A stretch of DNA of 64,000 nt from Lysobacterales bacterium (GCA_038236935.1 JBBRZH010000003.1:18227-82226), one strand, 5' to 3'. Counted from the stretch's first letter, positions 37,459 to 47,566 are shown. The notes: generated by a model from the sequence alone, not told the origin. Numbers and translations: made by a program.

Positions 37459-38913
37459 ATGCTGATGTCGCAGAGACCATTGCTTGGGGTTTGCACGTGT
37501 CTCCTTGCGTTGTCCATGCTCAGCCAGGCTTGGGCCGCCGGTTTGCAGGTCCATCCCATCGACATCGGTAAACCTTATCGAGCCGGCGACTATGCATTCC
37601 TGGATGCGGCAGTCGGATCGCGCACGGTGGTTGCCCTGGGCGAATCGATCCATGTGACGCAGGAAATGCCGCTGGTCCGCCAGCGGTTCGTGCGCTATCT
37701 GCACGAGCGCAAGGGATTCAACGTGCTTGCGCTTGAAGGGTCGCTGATGGATGCATGGACCGCACAGGAACATGTCTACGCAAACGGCGTTGTGGGGCCT
37801 GCAGCAGCGCAGTTGTATGCGCGTGAAGCGTTGTTCGGACTGTGGCAGACCACGCCGATGGAAGCGGTGGTTGCAGAAGCATTGAAGCCGCAATCCGGCG
37901 CTTCTGCCATCTATCTGACCAGCTTCGACCTGCAGCCGGGAATGGCGCGCGCGTATGGCGGTTCTGCGGAAATGAGCCTGGGTGCATTCCTTGCGGCGAT
38001 GCATGCGCTGGATCCAAGTGTCACCGATCAGACGCTGCACCAATGGACCACCAGCTTGAGTCCATCGCTCGAATGCAAAAGCAGTCAAACCGACCCGCAG
38101 GCGTTATCGGATCTCGAACATTGGATCGATGGCTCGGCGGCATCAGCGGTTGGTGCTCGTCGGCCGGCAATGCATGTCGCGGCACTCAAACTCGTTCCCA
38201 CGATGCTGCGCTACCGGTTGCAGCAATGCAGCGAGTGGCTGGCTGCCGGCAAGTCGATGATGGTGTACCAGCGATCCCGCGATGCGCTCAATGCAAAGCT
38301 CGCAATGGCGCTGCTGGAGCGTTTCCCGAAAATGATGTTGTGGGCGCATCACAGCCATCTCCATTACAACTCGCTGGGTCAATCGATTCCTTCGATGGGC
38401 CAGCACCTCCATCGCGCTCTGGGAGACCAGCTTTACACCATCGGCGTATTCGCGCTGGATGGTGCCGCCATGGATACCTCGAAGGTCGATGCAGCCGAGG
38501 GTTTAGACGTGGTATCGGCACTGGCCGCAAAGCCGCTGCCGGATGACGAGCGATTCAGCGTAGAGCGCGCACTCTCCGGATTATCGGAGTCCGACTTCTT
38601 CGTCGACTTGAAGACAGCACCCGTCGCTTGGGCGCAACCGGGATTCAGTCGCCTTGAGACAACCGGACGCATGCACACGTCACTATCCAATGACTTCGAC
38701 GGAGCGATTTTCCTGCACCAGGTGCATGGTGCGGAGCTGGATTTCCTTCCACGCCCGCTGAATATGGCCGTCGGCATGGTGGGATGGATTTACCAGCATA
38801 GTGTGTTCGCCGCATTGATAGCTCTGCTGCTGGCGGCGTGGCTGATAGCCGGGATTCTCCGATTTCGACGCAGGCGCAGACAAAAACGTGCTCACCTCAT
38901 AAAGCGGGTGTGA
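37459..38913 (+). CDS. Erythromycin esterase (EreA/ChaN-like) family protein, signal peptide plus C-terminal TM
   Basis: ALGESIH, GFNVLALEG, LWAHHSH and FDGAIFL; C-terminal TM followed by RFRRRRRQK. Confidence 0.8.
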   Translation: MLMSQRPLLGVCTCLLALSMLSQAWAAGLQVHPIDIGKPYRAGDYAFLDAAVGSRTVVALGESIHVTQEMPLVRQRFVRYLHERKGFNVLALEGSLMDAWTAQEHVYANGVVGPAAAQLYAREALFGLWQTTPMEAVVAEALKPQSGASAIYLTSFDLQPGMARAYGGSAEMSLGAFLAAMHALDPSVTDQTLHQWTTSLSPSLECKSSQTDPQALSDLEHWIDGSAASAVGARRPAMHVAALKLVPTMLRYRLQQCSEWLAAGKSMMVYQRSRDALNAKLAMALLERFPKMMLWAHHSHLHYNSLGQSIPSMGQHLHRALGDQLYTIGVFALDGAAMDTSKVDAAEGLDVVSALAAKPLPDDERFSVERALSGLSESDFFVDLKTAPVAWAQPGFSRLETTGRMHTSLSNDFDGAIFLHQVHGAELDFLPRPLNMAVGMVGWIYQHSVFAALIALLLAAWLIAGILRFRRRRRQKRAHLIKRV

Positions 38914-39039
38914 TCTGAGCTGGACACTCGCCCTTCCGGAACATCGCATTAGCTGCAGTCGGGCACTCCGACGCATGATTCACCAACGCGAGACGATGGC
39001 AAGTCGTCGCCGGAAAACCGTTTCGATGGAGTATCTGCA

Positions 39040-39411
39040 ATGAAGGAAGCCATCTGTCCGGCAACAGTGGCGGCAAGCCTCACCGAACATTGGTCGCCAC
39101 GTGTGGTCGCGGAACTCGACGACTCGTTTGTCAAGGTAGCCAAGGTGCGAGGCTCACTGGCATGGCATAGCCATGAAAATGAGGATGAACTTTTCTACAT
39201 CCTCAAAGGCTCGTTGACGATCGAGATGGAAGCCCGGACCGTGGTGCTTGGCGAGGGCGAAGCCTTCGTCGTGCCGAAGGGTGTGCGGCACAATCCCATC
39301 GCCGAGCAGGAGTGCCTTGTCATGCTCATCGAACGCAAGTCCACACTGCACACCGGCACGCAGATCACCGGCAAGACCCGCAGCCTGGCCGAGCAACGTC
39401 GGCCGCTATGA
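39040..39411 (+). CDS. Cupin domain protein
   Basis: WHSHENEDELF and VVPKGVRHNP. Confidence 0.9.
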   Translation: MKEAICPATVAASLTEHWSPRVVAELDDSFVKVAKVRGSLAWHSHENEDELFYILKGSLTIEMEARTVVLGEGEAFVVPKGVRHNPIAEQECLVMLIERKSTLHTGTQITGKTRSLAEQRRPL

Positions 39412-39506
39412 GGACTGGGACCCGCCGATGCGGAGACTCTTTGCTTAACGTGCCAAGCTCGAAGCCCAAGCCGGTTTCGTCGGCGGACCTACAACGAGGA
39501 ATCACG

Positions 39507-40424
39507 ATGACTGTGCCCAGCTATCCAATCGGCGAGTCCGGACGTCCCTGGGGCGCATCCGATGTTTTGGAGTGGCGATCGCGCCAGACGCCAAAGCGCA
39601 GCTACTCGACTGACGTCGTGGACGCGATTGATCGGATGCGTAGTGGGTTCGACGTTGAGGAATACGGTCGCCTCGATGATGGATCGAACCGCTATCCGCT
39701 GTTCGCGATCAGGAGCCGTGACTGGCGGGAGGATTTGCCCGTGGTGGTTGTGACCGGCGGCGTGCACGGGTACGAAACCAGCGGCGTGCATGGCGCACTG
39801 CAATTCGTCGAGCACCATGCGGCGGACTATGCCGGCCGGGTCAATCTTCTCGTCGTGCCCTGCGTCAGTCCATGGGGATATGAGCGCGTGCATCGCTGGA
39901 ATCGCGATGCCGTCGACCCGAACCGCTCGTTCCGCCACGACAGCCCGGCACCGGAGTCGGCGGCGCTCCTGCGACTGATTGCGCCGCTGCGCGATCGCGT
40001 ACTCGTTCATGTGGATCTGCACGAAACCACCGATACCGACGAGTCCGAGTTCCGGCCGGCGCTGGCCGCCCGTGATGGCGTGGCCTATGTGCCCGATGAA
40101 ATCCCGGACGGCTTCTATCTGTGCGGTGACAGCGACAATCCGCAGTCCGAATTCCAGCAGGCGGTGATCGAGGCGGTGGCGAAAGTCACCCACATCGCAC
40201 CGGCTGATTCCAACGGTGAGATCATCGGCTCGCCTGTGGTCGCGCCCGGCGTCATCCTTTACGCCTATCGTTCTCTCGGCCTCTGCGCGGGCATGACCAA
40301 CGCGCGCTATACCACCACAACCGAGGTGTATCCCGACAGCCCACGCGCCACCGCAGAACAATGCAACGCCGCGCAGGTGGCGGCCGTGTGTGCGGCAATC
40401 GAATTTGCATTGGCGCACCGGTGA
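39507..40424 (+). CDS. M14 family metallocarboxypeptidase (succinylglutamate desuccinylase-like)
   Basis: TGGVHGYETSG, DPNRSF, DLHETTDTD and TTTEVYPDSP. Confidence 0.88.
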   Translation: MTVPSYPIGESGRPWGASDVLEWRSRQTPKRSYSTDVVDAIDRMRSGFDVEEYGRLDDGSNRYPLFAIRSRDWREDLPVVVVTGGVHGYETSGVHGALQFVEHHAADYAGRVNLLVVPCVSPWGYERVHRWNRDAVDPNRSFRHDSPAPESAALLRLIAPLRDRVLVHVDLHETTDTDESEFRPALAARDGVAYVPDEIPDGFYLCGDSDNPQSEFQQAVIEAVAKVTHIAPADSNGEIIGSPVVAPGVILYAYRSLGLCAGMTNARYTTTTEVYPDSPRATAEQCNAAQVAAVCAAIEFALAHR

Positions 40425-40482
40425 CCGAACCGTTCGGTCGCCTGAAGATGTGAGCTGGAAGAGTTACTCACATTGCCGGGCA

Positions 40483-40520
40483 CAAAAAAACCGCCGGACG
40501 TTACCCGGCGGTTTTGTTTT
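40483..40520. terminator. Bidirectional intrinsic terminator
   Basis: AAAAAAA-CCGCCGG-acgttac-CCGGCGG-TTTTGTTTT between convergent genes. Confidence 0.85.
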
Positions 40521-40533
40521 TCCTGGTGCCCGG

Positions 40534-42759
40534 TCAGTGCTTGACCGGCGGCATGTTGACCGGATGGTCCGCGGGGTTCACTGAACCGTCGCTGGTCGGC
40601 GCCAGGCCACGGTTTTCCAGCATCGGTTTCACGATCGGATCACGTCCGCGCCAGTCCCGGTAGAGCTTGTCGAGCTGGACGGTATTGCCACGCGACAACA
40701 CCATGTCGCGGAAGCGTTGACCGTTCTCGCGGGTCAGGCCGCCGTGCTCGGTGAACCACGAGAACCCATCGTCGGACAGCATCTCGGTCCACAGATAGGC
40801 GTAATAACCGGCGGCGTAACCATTGCCCCAGATGTGCTGGAAATAACTGGAGCGATAGCGCGGTGGGACATAGGGCAGGTCGATCTTGTCCGACTGCAGC
40901 GCTGCGGTCTCGAACTTGTCCGCATCCTGCAAGGGCGCGTTAGCCGGCAGGCTGTGCCAGTGCATGTCGAGCAGGGCCGCGGCGATCAGTTCGGTCATGT
41001 CGTAACCCTTGTTGAAGCTGCCGGCTTTCTTGATCTTGTCGACCAGCGCCTGCGGCATCGGTTCGCCGGTTTTGTAGTTCTTGGCGTAGTTGGCGAAGAT
41101 CTTCGGATCGGTTGCCCAATGTTCGTTGAACTGCGAGGGGAACTCGACGAAGTCGCGCGCCGTCGCAGTGCCCGACAGGCTCGGATACTCCTGGTTCGCG
41201 AACATGCCATGCAGTGCGTGGCCAAACTCATGGAACATCGTGGTCACGTCGTCGAACGACAACAGTGCCGGCTGGCCCGCGGCCGGCTTGCTGAAGTTGG
41301 CGACGTTGTAGATCACCGGCTTGTTTCCCATCAACTTCGACTGATCGACGAAGTTGCTCATCCATGCGCCGCCGTTCTTGTTGTCGCGCTTGAAGTAGTC
41401 GGCATAGAACAGCGCCAGTGAGCTGCCGTCCTTGTCGAATACCTCGTAGACCTTCACGTCAGGCTGGTACACGGGAATATCCGTGCGCGGCTTGAAAGTC
41501 AGTCCATACAGCTGGTTGGCGGCGTAGAAGACGCCGTTCTGAAGCACGTTGTTGAGCTCGAAATACGGCTTGATCTGCGCTTCATCGAGGTCGTAGCGCG
41601 CCTTGCGTACTTGTTCTGCGTAATGGTTCCAATCCCATGCCTGCACCTGGAAGCCGCCTTTCTGCTGGTCGATCACGGCCTGGATATCGGCTGCTTCGCT
41701 GCGCGCCCGGCCTGTCGCGGCGGGCACGAGATCCTGCATGAACTTGATCGCCGTCTCTGGCGTTTTCGCCATCTGGTCTTCGAGTTTCCACGCGGCATAG
41801 CTGGAGAAGCCAAGAAGTTTGGCCTGCTCGGCACGAATCTGTGCGATGCGCTCGATGGTCGCGCGCGTATCGTTTGCGCCGCCTTTTTCTGCACGATCCC
41901 AGGAATGCTTGAACAACGCCTCGCGGGTGGCGCGGTCGTCCAGGCCCTGCAGGTCGGGCTGCTGTGTGGTGTTCTGCAATGTGACCACGTATTTGCCATC
42001 GAGCTTGCGGTCCTTGCCTGCCTGCCTGGCGGCTTCGACATCGGCATCCGGCAAGCCGGCCAGCTTGGTCTTGTCGTCCAGTACCAGCGCACCGTCCTTG
42101 GTCGCGGCCAGAAGCTTGTTGGTGAACTGGGTGCTGAGCGTGGACTCTTCCTTGTTCAGCGCCTTGAGCTTTGTCTTGTCGGCTTCAGACAACTTGGCGC
42201 CGCCACGCACGAAGTTCTTGTAGGTGACTTCGACCAGCCTCAGCGATTCCGGGTCCAGCTTCAATGATTCGCGCTGGTTGTAGATGGTTTCGATACGCTT
42301 GAAGAGTTTGCCGTTGAGGGTGATGGCGTCGGAATGCTCAGCGAGCTTAGGCGCTTCGATTTCCTGCACCTTCTGCAACAGGTCGCTGGTATTGGCACCG
42401 GCCACGCCGCCGAACGTGTTGAGTACGCGTGTCAGCATCTCGCCGGATTTCTCCATGGGGACGAAGGTGTTGTCGAAGGTCGGTGCGGCCGGGTTGTTGG
42501 CGATCGCCTCGATCTCCACCATGTGCTGCTTCATGCCTTCCTCGATCGCAGGCTGGTAGTCCGTTTCCTTGATCAGGTCGAAGCGTGGCGCATGGAATGC
42601 CAGCGTGCTGGGCGCAAGGAAGGGGTTGGTCGACATTATTTTCGCGGAGGTGTTCATGCTCGAATTGGCTTTGGCATGTGCGGCGGCGGGAGCCACGGCG
42701 TAGGCCGGCGCGGCGGCAGTGAGCGCGATGGACAACGCGAGGGTGAGCGGATGCTTCAT
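40534..42759 (-). CDS. dcp: Peptidyl-dipeptidase Dcp (M3 family) with signal peptide
   Basis: HEFGHALHGMF, RDFVEFPSQFNEHW, YRSSYFQHIW and GYAAGYYAYLWTEML. Confidence 0.92.
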   Translation of the reverse strand: MKHPLTLALSIALTAAAPAYAVAPAAAHAKANSSMNTSAKIMSTNPFLAPSTLAFHAPRFDLIKETDYQPAIEEGMKQHMVEIEAIANNPAAPTFDNTFVPMEKSGEMLTRVLNTFGGVAGANTSDLLQKVQEIEAPKLAEHSDAITLNGKLFKRIETIYNQRESLKLDPESLRLVEVTYKNFVRGGAKLSEADKTKLKALNKEESTLSTQFTNKLLAATKDGALVLDDKTKLAGLPDADVEAARQAGKDRKLDGKYVVTLQNTTQQPDLQGLDDRATREALFKHSWDRAEKGGANDTRATIERIAQIRAEQAKLLGFSSYAAWKLEDQMAKTPETAIKFMQDLVPAATGRARSEAADIQAVIDQQKGGFQVQAWDWNHYAEQVRKARYDLDEAQIKPYFELNNVLQNGVFYAANQLYGLTFKPRTDIPVYQPDVKVYEVFDKDGSSLALFYADYFKRDNKNGGAWMSNFVDQSKLMGNKPVIYNVANFSKPAAGQPALLSFDDVTTMFHEFGHALHGMFANQEYPSLSGTATARDFVEFPSQFNEHWATDPKIFANYAKNYKTGEPMPQALVDKIKKAGSFNKGYDMTELIAAALLDMHWHSLPANAPLQDADKFETAALQSDKIDLPYVPPRYRSSYFQHIWGNGYAAGYYAYLWTEMLSDDGFSWFTEHGGLTRENGQRFRDMVLSRGNTVQLDKLYRDWRGRDPIVKPMLENRGLAPTSDGSVNPADHPVNMPPVKH

Positions 42760-42917
42760 CTAATCGATCCTGTCGAAAGTGAATGCGCAGCCTAGCCCAT
42801 GCGGCTGTGTTTCGCCCATGACGAAAGATATGGCCTGGGACCCGCCCGGCCCGGTTCACTCTTCCCACACTTCCCTGCGGCCAGGATGAACGTCCTTTCG
42901 ACTCGCTGGAGCTCACC

Positions 42918-43337
42918 TTGGACATACGCTCGATCATGACCGCCGATCCTTCCTGCTGCAGCGCCGATACCACCTTGCGCGAGGTCGCCCAGATGATGAA
43001 AGAGCGGGATTGTGGCCAGATCCCGGTGGTCGATGCCAACCGCAAGCCGGTGGGCGTGATCACCGATCGCGACATTGTCGTGCGCGGTCTGGCTGAGGGA
43101 GACTTATCGTCCAGCGCGACCGCGGGCAAGTACATGACGTCCCCGGCGACTACCATCACCACCCAGTGCAGCCTGGACGAATGTGCCGACGTCATGGAGC
43201 AGAACCAGATCCGGCGGGTCGTGGTCGTGGATGAGCAGGGTTGCGTGAGTGGAATCGTGGCCCAAGCCGACATCGCCCTGGCGTGTCGTGATGGACGTAT
43301 TGGCGAAGTCGTCAAGCAGGTCTCACGACCCAACTGA
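42918..43337 (+). CDS. CBS domain protein
   Basis: Two CBS motifs (PVGVITDRDIVVR and VSGIVAQADIA). Confidence 0.9.
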   Translation: MDIRSIMTADPSCCSADTTLREVAQMMKERDCGQIPVVDANRKPVGVITDRDIVVRGLAEGDLSSSATAGKYMTSPATTITTQCSLDECADVMEQNQIRRVVVVDEQGCVSGIVAQADIALACRDGRIGEVVKQVSRPN

Positions 43338-43403
43338 CCACTCTACGATCTTCGTTCGCTCCCAGGGACGAGTCAGACGGCTCCGCTGGTTCATGCCCAC
43401 TGA

Positions 43404-44633
43404 TCAGGCCGGCGTCAGGAATCCTGTCCCCGGGAGATCAACATCGAATGCGCGCTGCACCAGCCAAACAGTGGCGATCGCGATGATGAGCAGCGATCCC
43501 CAGCGCACGACGCCGACCTGGTAGAACCGGGTCCGGCGCACAAGGAATGCCAGCGGCAGGAATGGCAGCACGATCGATTCCTGCCCGAGTTCTACTCCCA
43601 AGCTGAAACCGCCCAGCGACGTCGCCATCGCTCCCGGCGGCAACGACAAACCGGCCAATGCACTGGCGAAGCCCAGCCCATGGACGAAGCCGAACGCGAA
43701 CGCGACCACCCACGCGCGACGGGTGACGATTGGATGGACATTGTTGAGGGCGGCAACAATGATCGACAGCGCGATACCGGATTCGACCAGGCGGCTTGGC
43801 AGGTTGACGTAACCCAGCACGGACAAGGTCAACGTGGCCGAGTGGGAAACCGTAAAGCCAGAAACGACCTTGATCAGCTCGAGCATGGCGCTCGATAGCT
43901 TGGGCACGGGCACCCAGCCGCTGTCAGAAAATCGCAAGGGTGTCTGCAGTAGGGGTGAATCAGGTGGTAATGCCGAGCGACGAAACAAAACCGCCGGCAA
44001 CAGCAGCGACATGATGAACAGCAGGTGGTCCGGGCCGGTCCAGATGTGCCAGATGCCGTCGAGCATGAAACTCTTGAACTGGCTCCAGCGATCGGGTTCG
44101 CGCAGGTCGAGCGTGGCGGTTGGGGTCTTGGGGCCAAGCACTGCGCCGGCGACGCGATTACCAGCGTGGATCGTGATGATGCCGCGATGATATGGATCGA
44201 CGTCCTGGAACAAGGTGTACACAAGCGTCAGCCGGCTGGGGATTTCCTTGTCGCACACCGCACCGAAAAAGATGACGTCATACGCGCCGTCGTTGTGTTC
44301 GTCGATCTTCTGGTCGGTCGGGTGGGTCTGGCAGGTCAGCCCGTCACCTTTGACCGTCAACCCTTTCAATGCATAGCGCTCGATGGCATCGCGATTGGCC
44401 TTGACCTCGCCCCAGGTCACGGCGCTGTCGTGGTTGCTGTCGATGTCGAGCACGAAGCTCAGGTCGCGCAATGCAATATCGAACTGTCCATGCAGGACGC
44501 TGAGATGGGAAGGGTCCGACGTAAGCGTCAGGTAGGCGTCGCTTTCCTTATGGGCGAATGCTGTGACAGGCAGCAATGCCAACAAGATCATGCACAGGGT
44601 TGCACACCATGCCCGCATGCTGCGCGGCTTCAA
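43404..44633 (-). CDS. HupE/UreJ family protein with an N-terminal extracytoplasmic domain
   Basis: Signal peptide then AHKESDAYL; GIWHIWTGPDHLLF, FTVSHSATL, FGFVHGLGFA and GVELGQ. Confidence 0.88.
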   Translation of the reverse strand: MKPRSMRAWCATLCMILLALLPVTAFAHKESDAYLTLTSDPSHLSVLHGQFDIALRDLSFVLDIDSNHDSAVTWGEVKANRDAIERYALKGLTVKGDGLTCQTHPTDQKIDEHNDGAYDVIFFGAVCDKEIPSRLTLVYTLFQDVDPYHRGIITIHAGNRVAGAVLGPKTPTATLDLREPDRWSQFKSFMLDGIWHIWTGPDHLLFIMSLLLPAVLFRRSALPPDSPLLQTPLRFSDSGWVPVPKLSSAMLELIKVVSGFTVSHSATLTLSVLGYVNLPSRLVESGIALSIIVAALNNVHPIVTRRAWVVAFAFGFVHGLGFASALAGLSLPPGAMATSLGGFSLGVELGQESIVLPFLPLAFLVRRTRFYQVGVVRWGSLLIIAIATVWLVQRAFDVDLPGTGFLTPA

Positions 44634-45925
44634 TGGACGATTCCCTTCGATGCCGGAGACGTGTGGAGTCGGGCGCGGACTTTCTTCGCCAATTCGCGCA
44701 CTTTCTGGTCTTCAAAGCCGGTCTTCTCGAGAAGATCGAGTACCGGGCGCGCTGACTCTGGTTGGTTGGCCGCCAGTGCGGATTCAAGCAGGATGCGCAT
44801 GTCTTCGGGAGCGCGCTGGATGCTCCAGTTATCCTGCGCCAGCTTCAGCGCGCGATTCGGGTCATGCTGGAGTTCCAGCACGAATCGTGCTTCTTCGCGC
44901 CCATAAAGCCGACTGTCACCACGCTGCTCCAGGTCACGAAAGCGCGATGCCATCGTCGCGATATCCGCAGTCGCACCGGGCAATCCAAGCGCGGCCTCGG
45001 CCAGCACGAATCGCAGGAATGAAGTATCGGACTGTGAATAATTGCGAGTCAGCTCCAGCGCCTCGCGCGCGCGCCCTTGGTCAAGGAGGTAGTCGCCATA
45101 GGCGGCCAGCAGGAAGTTGTCGCCGGGCGTGAGTTGCAACGCCGACTTGTATTCGGCATCGGCGCGGGTGGTTTGGCCGAGATATCTCGCGGCATCGGCC
45201 ATGAGGCCATGCGCCCAGGATTGAATCGCGGGTGCCTCGTTGGGCTCCTGCTTGAGCAGCATGGGCAACAGGCTCAACGTGCTCCTGGCATTTCCCGTCA
45301 CGGCGGCCCGGGCACCGATGCAGCCTGCGGTGATCAATGCATCGTACCCGCCGATCAAGTGAGCGCAATCGCGCTGTGCTTCGGTCATGTCCCCTTGCAC
45401 GATCGCGACCGATGACAAGGTCAGCCATGCCTGCGCGTTGTCGCTGTCACGCTCCAGGATCGTCTGCAGGAGCTTCCGGGATTCGGCGAACTGGTGTCGG
45501 CTTTGCAGGATCGTGGCCTGCACGAGCATGACGTCAAGCGGCACGGGATGTTTCAGGGTCCACGGCGCGATTACGGCCTGCGCTCGCCCCAGATAACGCG
45601 CGTCGCCGGTATCGCGACCGTAATTGAGATAGGCACCCGAAAGTGCGACCGCGGCATGCGGATCATTCGGCTTGGCTTGGATTCGCTGCTTGAACACCTC
45701 GAACTGACGGACTCGTGGATCGCTTGTCGATGGGAGGTGCTCCAGTACCAGCGCATCGCTTGAAGGGACATACGGTTGGCCGCGATCGGCCGCACTCACC
45801 GTCGCGCTCAGCAGGCATGGCAGGGCCACCAAGCACATTGTCTTGATGGCACGAGCAATCCTCGATTTACTTGAAGCCAATCGCAAGAGCGGGAATGTCC
45901 GAGAAGTAGTGATTGGAAACGTCAT
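44630..45925 (-). CDS. Secreted or membrane-anchored TPR protein
   Basis: DARYLGRAQAV, ATILQSRHQF, AWLTLSSV and ALKLAQDNWSIQRAPED. Start placed downstream of the terminator at 45951. Confidence 0.8.
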   Translation of the reverse strand: MTFPITTSRTFPLLRLASSKSRIARAIKTMCLVALPCLLSATVSAADRGQPYVPSSDALVLEHLPSTSDPRVRQFEVFKQRIQAKPNDPHAAVALSGAYLNYGRDTGDARYLGRAQAVIAPWTLKHPVPLDVMLVQATILQSRHQFAESRKLLQTILERDSDNAQAWLTLSSVAIVQGDMTEAQRDCAHLIGGYDALITAGCIGARAAVTGNARSTLSLLPMLLKQEPNEAPAIQSWAHGLMADAARYLGQTTRADAEYKSALQLTPGDNFLLAAYGDYLLDQGRAREALELTRNYSQSDTSFLRFVLAEAALGLPGATADIATMASRFRDLEQRGDSRLYGREEARFVLELQHDPNRALKLAQDNWSIQRAPEDMRILLESALAANQPESARPVLDLLEKTGFEDQKVRELAKKVRARLHTSPASKGIVH

Positions 45926-45950
45926 CCGAATAATTCCAGAGACCGGCGCC

Positions 45951-45983
45951 AAAAAAACCGGCGACTCCCGATGGGGTCGCCGG
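45951..45983 (-). terminator. Intrinsic terminator after the DUF4331 gene
   Basis: CCGGCGACTCC-cgat-GGGGTCGCCGG with an A7 tract on plus (U-tract on minus). Confidence 0.75.
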
Positions 45984-46039
45984 CGTGGATGGCCCGATGC
46001 TGCATCAGCAGCCAGGAATCCGGAAAAAAGCTCGAGTAC

Positions 46040-47410
46040 TCAATTAACCGCGCCCGGCAGTGGTGTGTTGAGGTACGGGAACGTGTTGCGGAAATCCGTG
46101 GCATGGACAGCTGAGCCATCGGTGTAAGGCAGTTGGCCCGACGGAGCATCCGAGGGCGAAAGCAATGCACCCATGGCGACGCGCAATTCGATGTCCACGA
46201 CATCATCCCCAGGCCGGCGACCATTGGGGAAGCCCGCCGTGTCCCCCGCCAACACACCTAGCGTCTGCTGGTTGATGGCGGACTTCGGATTGATTGCCGT
46301 ATTCAAACGCAGCATTTCGGACGCGGTGACGTTGGCAGGCTGGTTCAGGCCGGCCACACCGGTAAGGAATGCAGCGACCAAATCGCTACGCGGGAACAGA
46401 GTCGGGGCATCCACGCTAGGGAACAGTGCCTGGATCAACGCCGGCAAGGTCGGATTGGTCACGTAGGTCGCAAACTGGGCGTCGTCCTTGGGCTCGGAAG
46501 CGTTGAACCGGTCCTTGTCCGGCAGGCCGATGATGACCTCATTGACCAGCGGCATGCCCAAGCGCGACACCTGCTTCATGACATTGTTGTTGTCGGGAAG
46601 GCTGGAGGTGGTCCATGCACCGATAACAGGCCCACCAATCTGCCTCAAGCAGCTGGTCGCGACTTCAAGAGCGATCGTCGTGACGTTCTTGTCGGCGAGG
46701 TCATTACGGTTGGCGTCAGGCGCGCCGAGGGGATTGAGGTTGATGAGGTCGAAAACTTTGCCAAGGGCGACCGAGAACCCTTCCTTCCGCTGGCTGACGA
46801 ACACTTTGGCCGGGCGCGGACAATTCGGAAGATACATCTGCGATATGTACGTTTCTGCATAATTGGCATATTGCGGAATCGACTTCTGGCCGATGTTGTC
46901 GAATGGCTTGATGAAGGTGAAACCGTTGGTGGCGACATTCTGTGCGCGTACCGGAGCGGCTGTCCCTTGGATCGTGTCGACGGTGTAGCTCTCGATCACA
47001 TTGAGGTTGGGATCTTGGCTGCTGGCAAAAGGCGCAATGTTGCTAAGCGGCACAGCGACATTGACGCCGTTCACTGGAATGGTGATGTTGCGGTAGTTGT
47101 TGCTGAACTTGAAGCGGAACGTAAGATCCGGGAGCGCATCGCCGTTGTTGTCGATATGGATTTCGTAATTGGCGTTCGGGTCCAGTAGGTTGAAGTTAGG
47201 GCCGCTGTAGGCGTCCTCCAAGCCAATGTAATTGGCAAGGATCGTCGTGTATGCAGTCCGGCCGGTTTCATAACTGCGGAACATATACAGGTCGGTGCCG
47301 TCAGCCTTGGGCGTCTTGGAAATGCCCGGAGCCTCTCGATGGCTTGACCCCAGAGCTGCGCCAGCAAATACAACACTTGCCGCGGCGATCGCGAGAGTGG
47401 TCTTTTTCAT
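46040..47410 (-). CDS. DUF4331 domain secreted protein
   Basis: Signal peptide then SSHREAPGI, DGTDLYMFRSYE, QVSRLGMPLVNEV, GFPNGRRPGDDVVDI and FPYLNTP. Confidence 0.9.
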   Translation of the reverse strand: MKKTTLAIAAASVVFAGAALGSSHREAPGISKTPKADGTDLYMFRSYETGRTAYTTILANYIGLEDAYSGPNFNLLDPNANYEIHIDNNGDALPDLTFRFKFSNNYRNITIPVNGVNVAVPLSNIAPFASSQDPNLNVIESYTVDTIQGTAAPVRAQNVATNGFTFIKPFDNIGQKSIPQYANYAETYISQMYLPNCPRPAKVFVSQRKEGFSVALGKVFDLINLNPLGAPDANRNDLADKNVTTIALEVATSCLRQIGGPVIGAWTTSSLPDNNNVMKQVSRLGMPLVNEVIIGLPDKDRFNASEPKDDAQFATYVTNPTLPALIQALFPSVDAPTLFPRSDLVAAFLTGVAGLNQPANVTASEMLRLNTAINPKSAINQQTLGVLAGDTAGFPNGRRPGDDVVDIELRVAMGALLSPSDAPSGQLPYTDGSAVHATDFRNTFPYLNTPLPGAVN

Positions 47411-47539
47411 GCGGATATCCCTTCGTAAGCGACGGTGTCGCGGAGTGTTGGCGTGCTTGTGATTTTCGCGAGTGTCTTTTCCGCGACTGGTCAAACATCG
47501 AGGATGTCCGAAAATCATTTTTCGTACGCCTATGGCTCA

Positions 47540-47566
47540 TACGCAGGTGCGTGCGGGAAAGATGCA
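47540..47566 (-). promoter_or_regulatory. Candidate ECF-sigma promoter of the DUF4331 gene
   Basis: Minus strand reads TGCATC-N17-CGTA, about 130 nt upstream of the ATG. Confidence 0.4.

Noticed and set aside
37459-38913. Calling this a macrolide-resistance gene (ereA/ereB)
   Set aside because: Only fold-level motifs are seen, with variant residues (ESIH, WAHHSH) and export/TM signals unlike known Ere enzymes.
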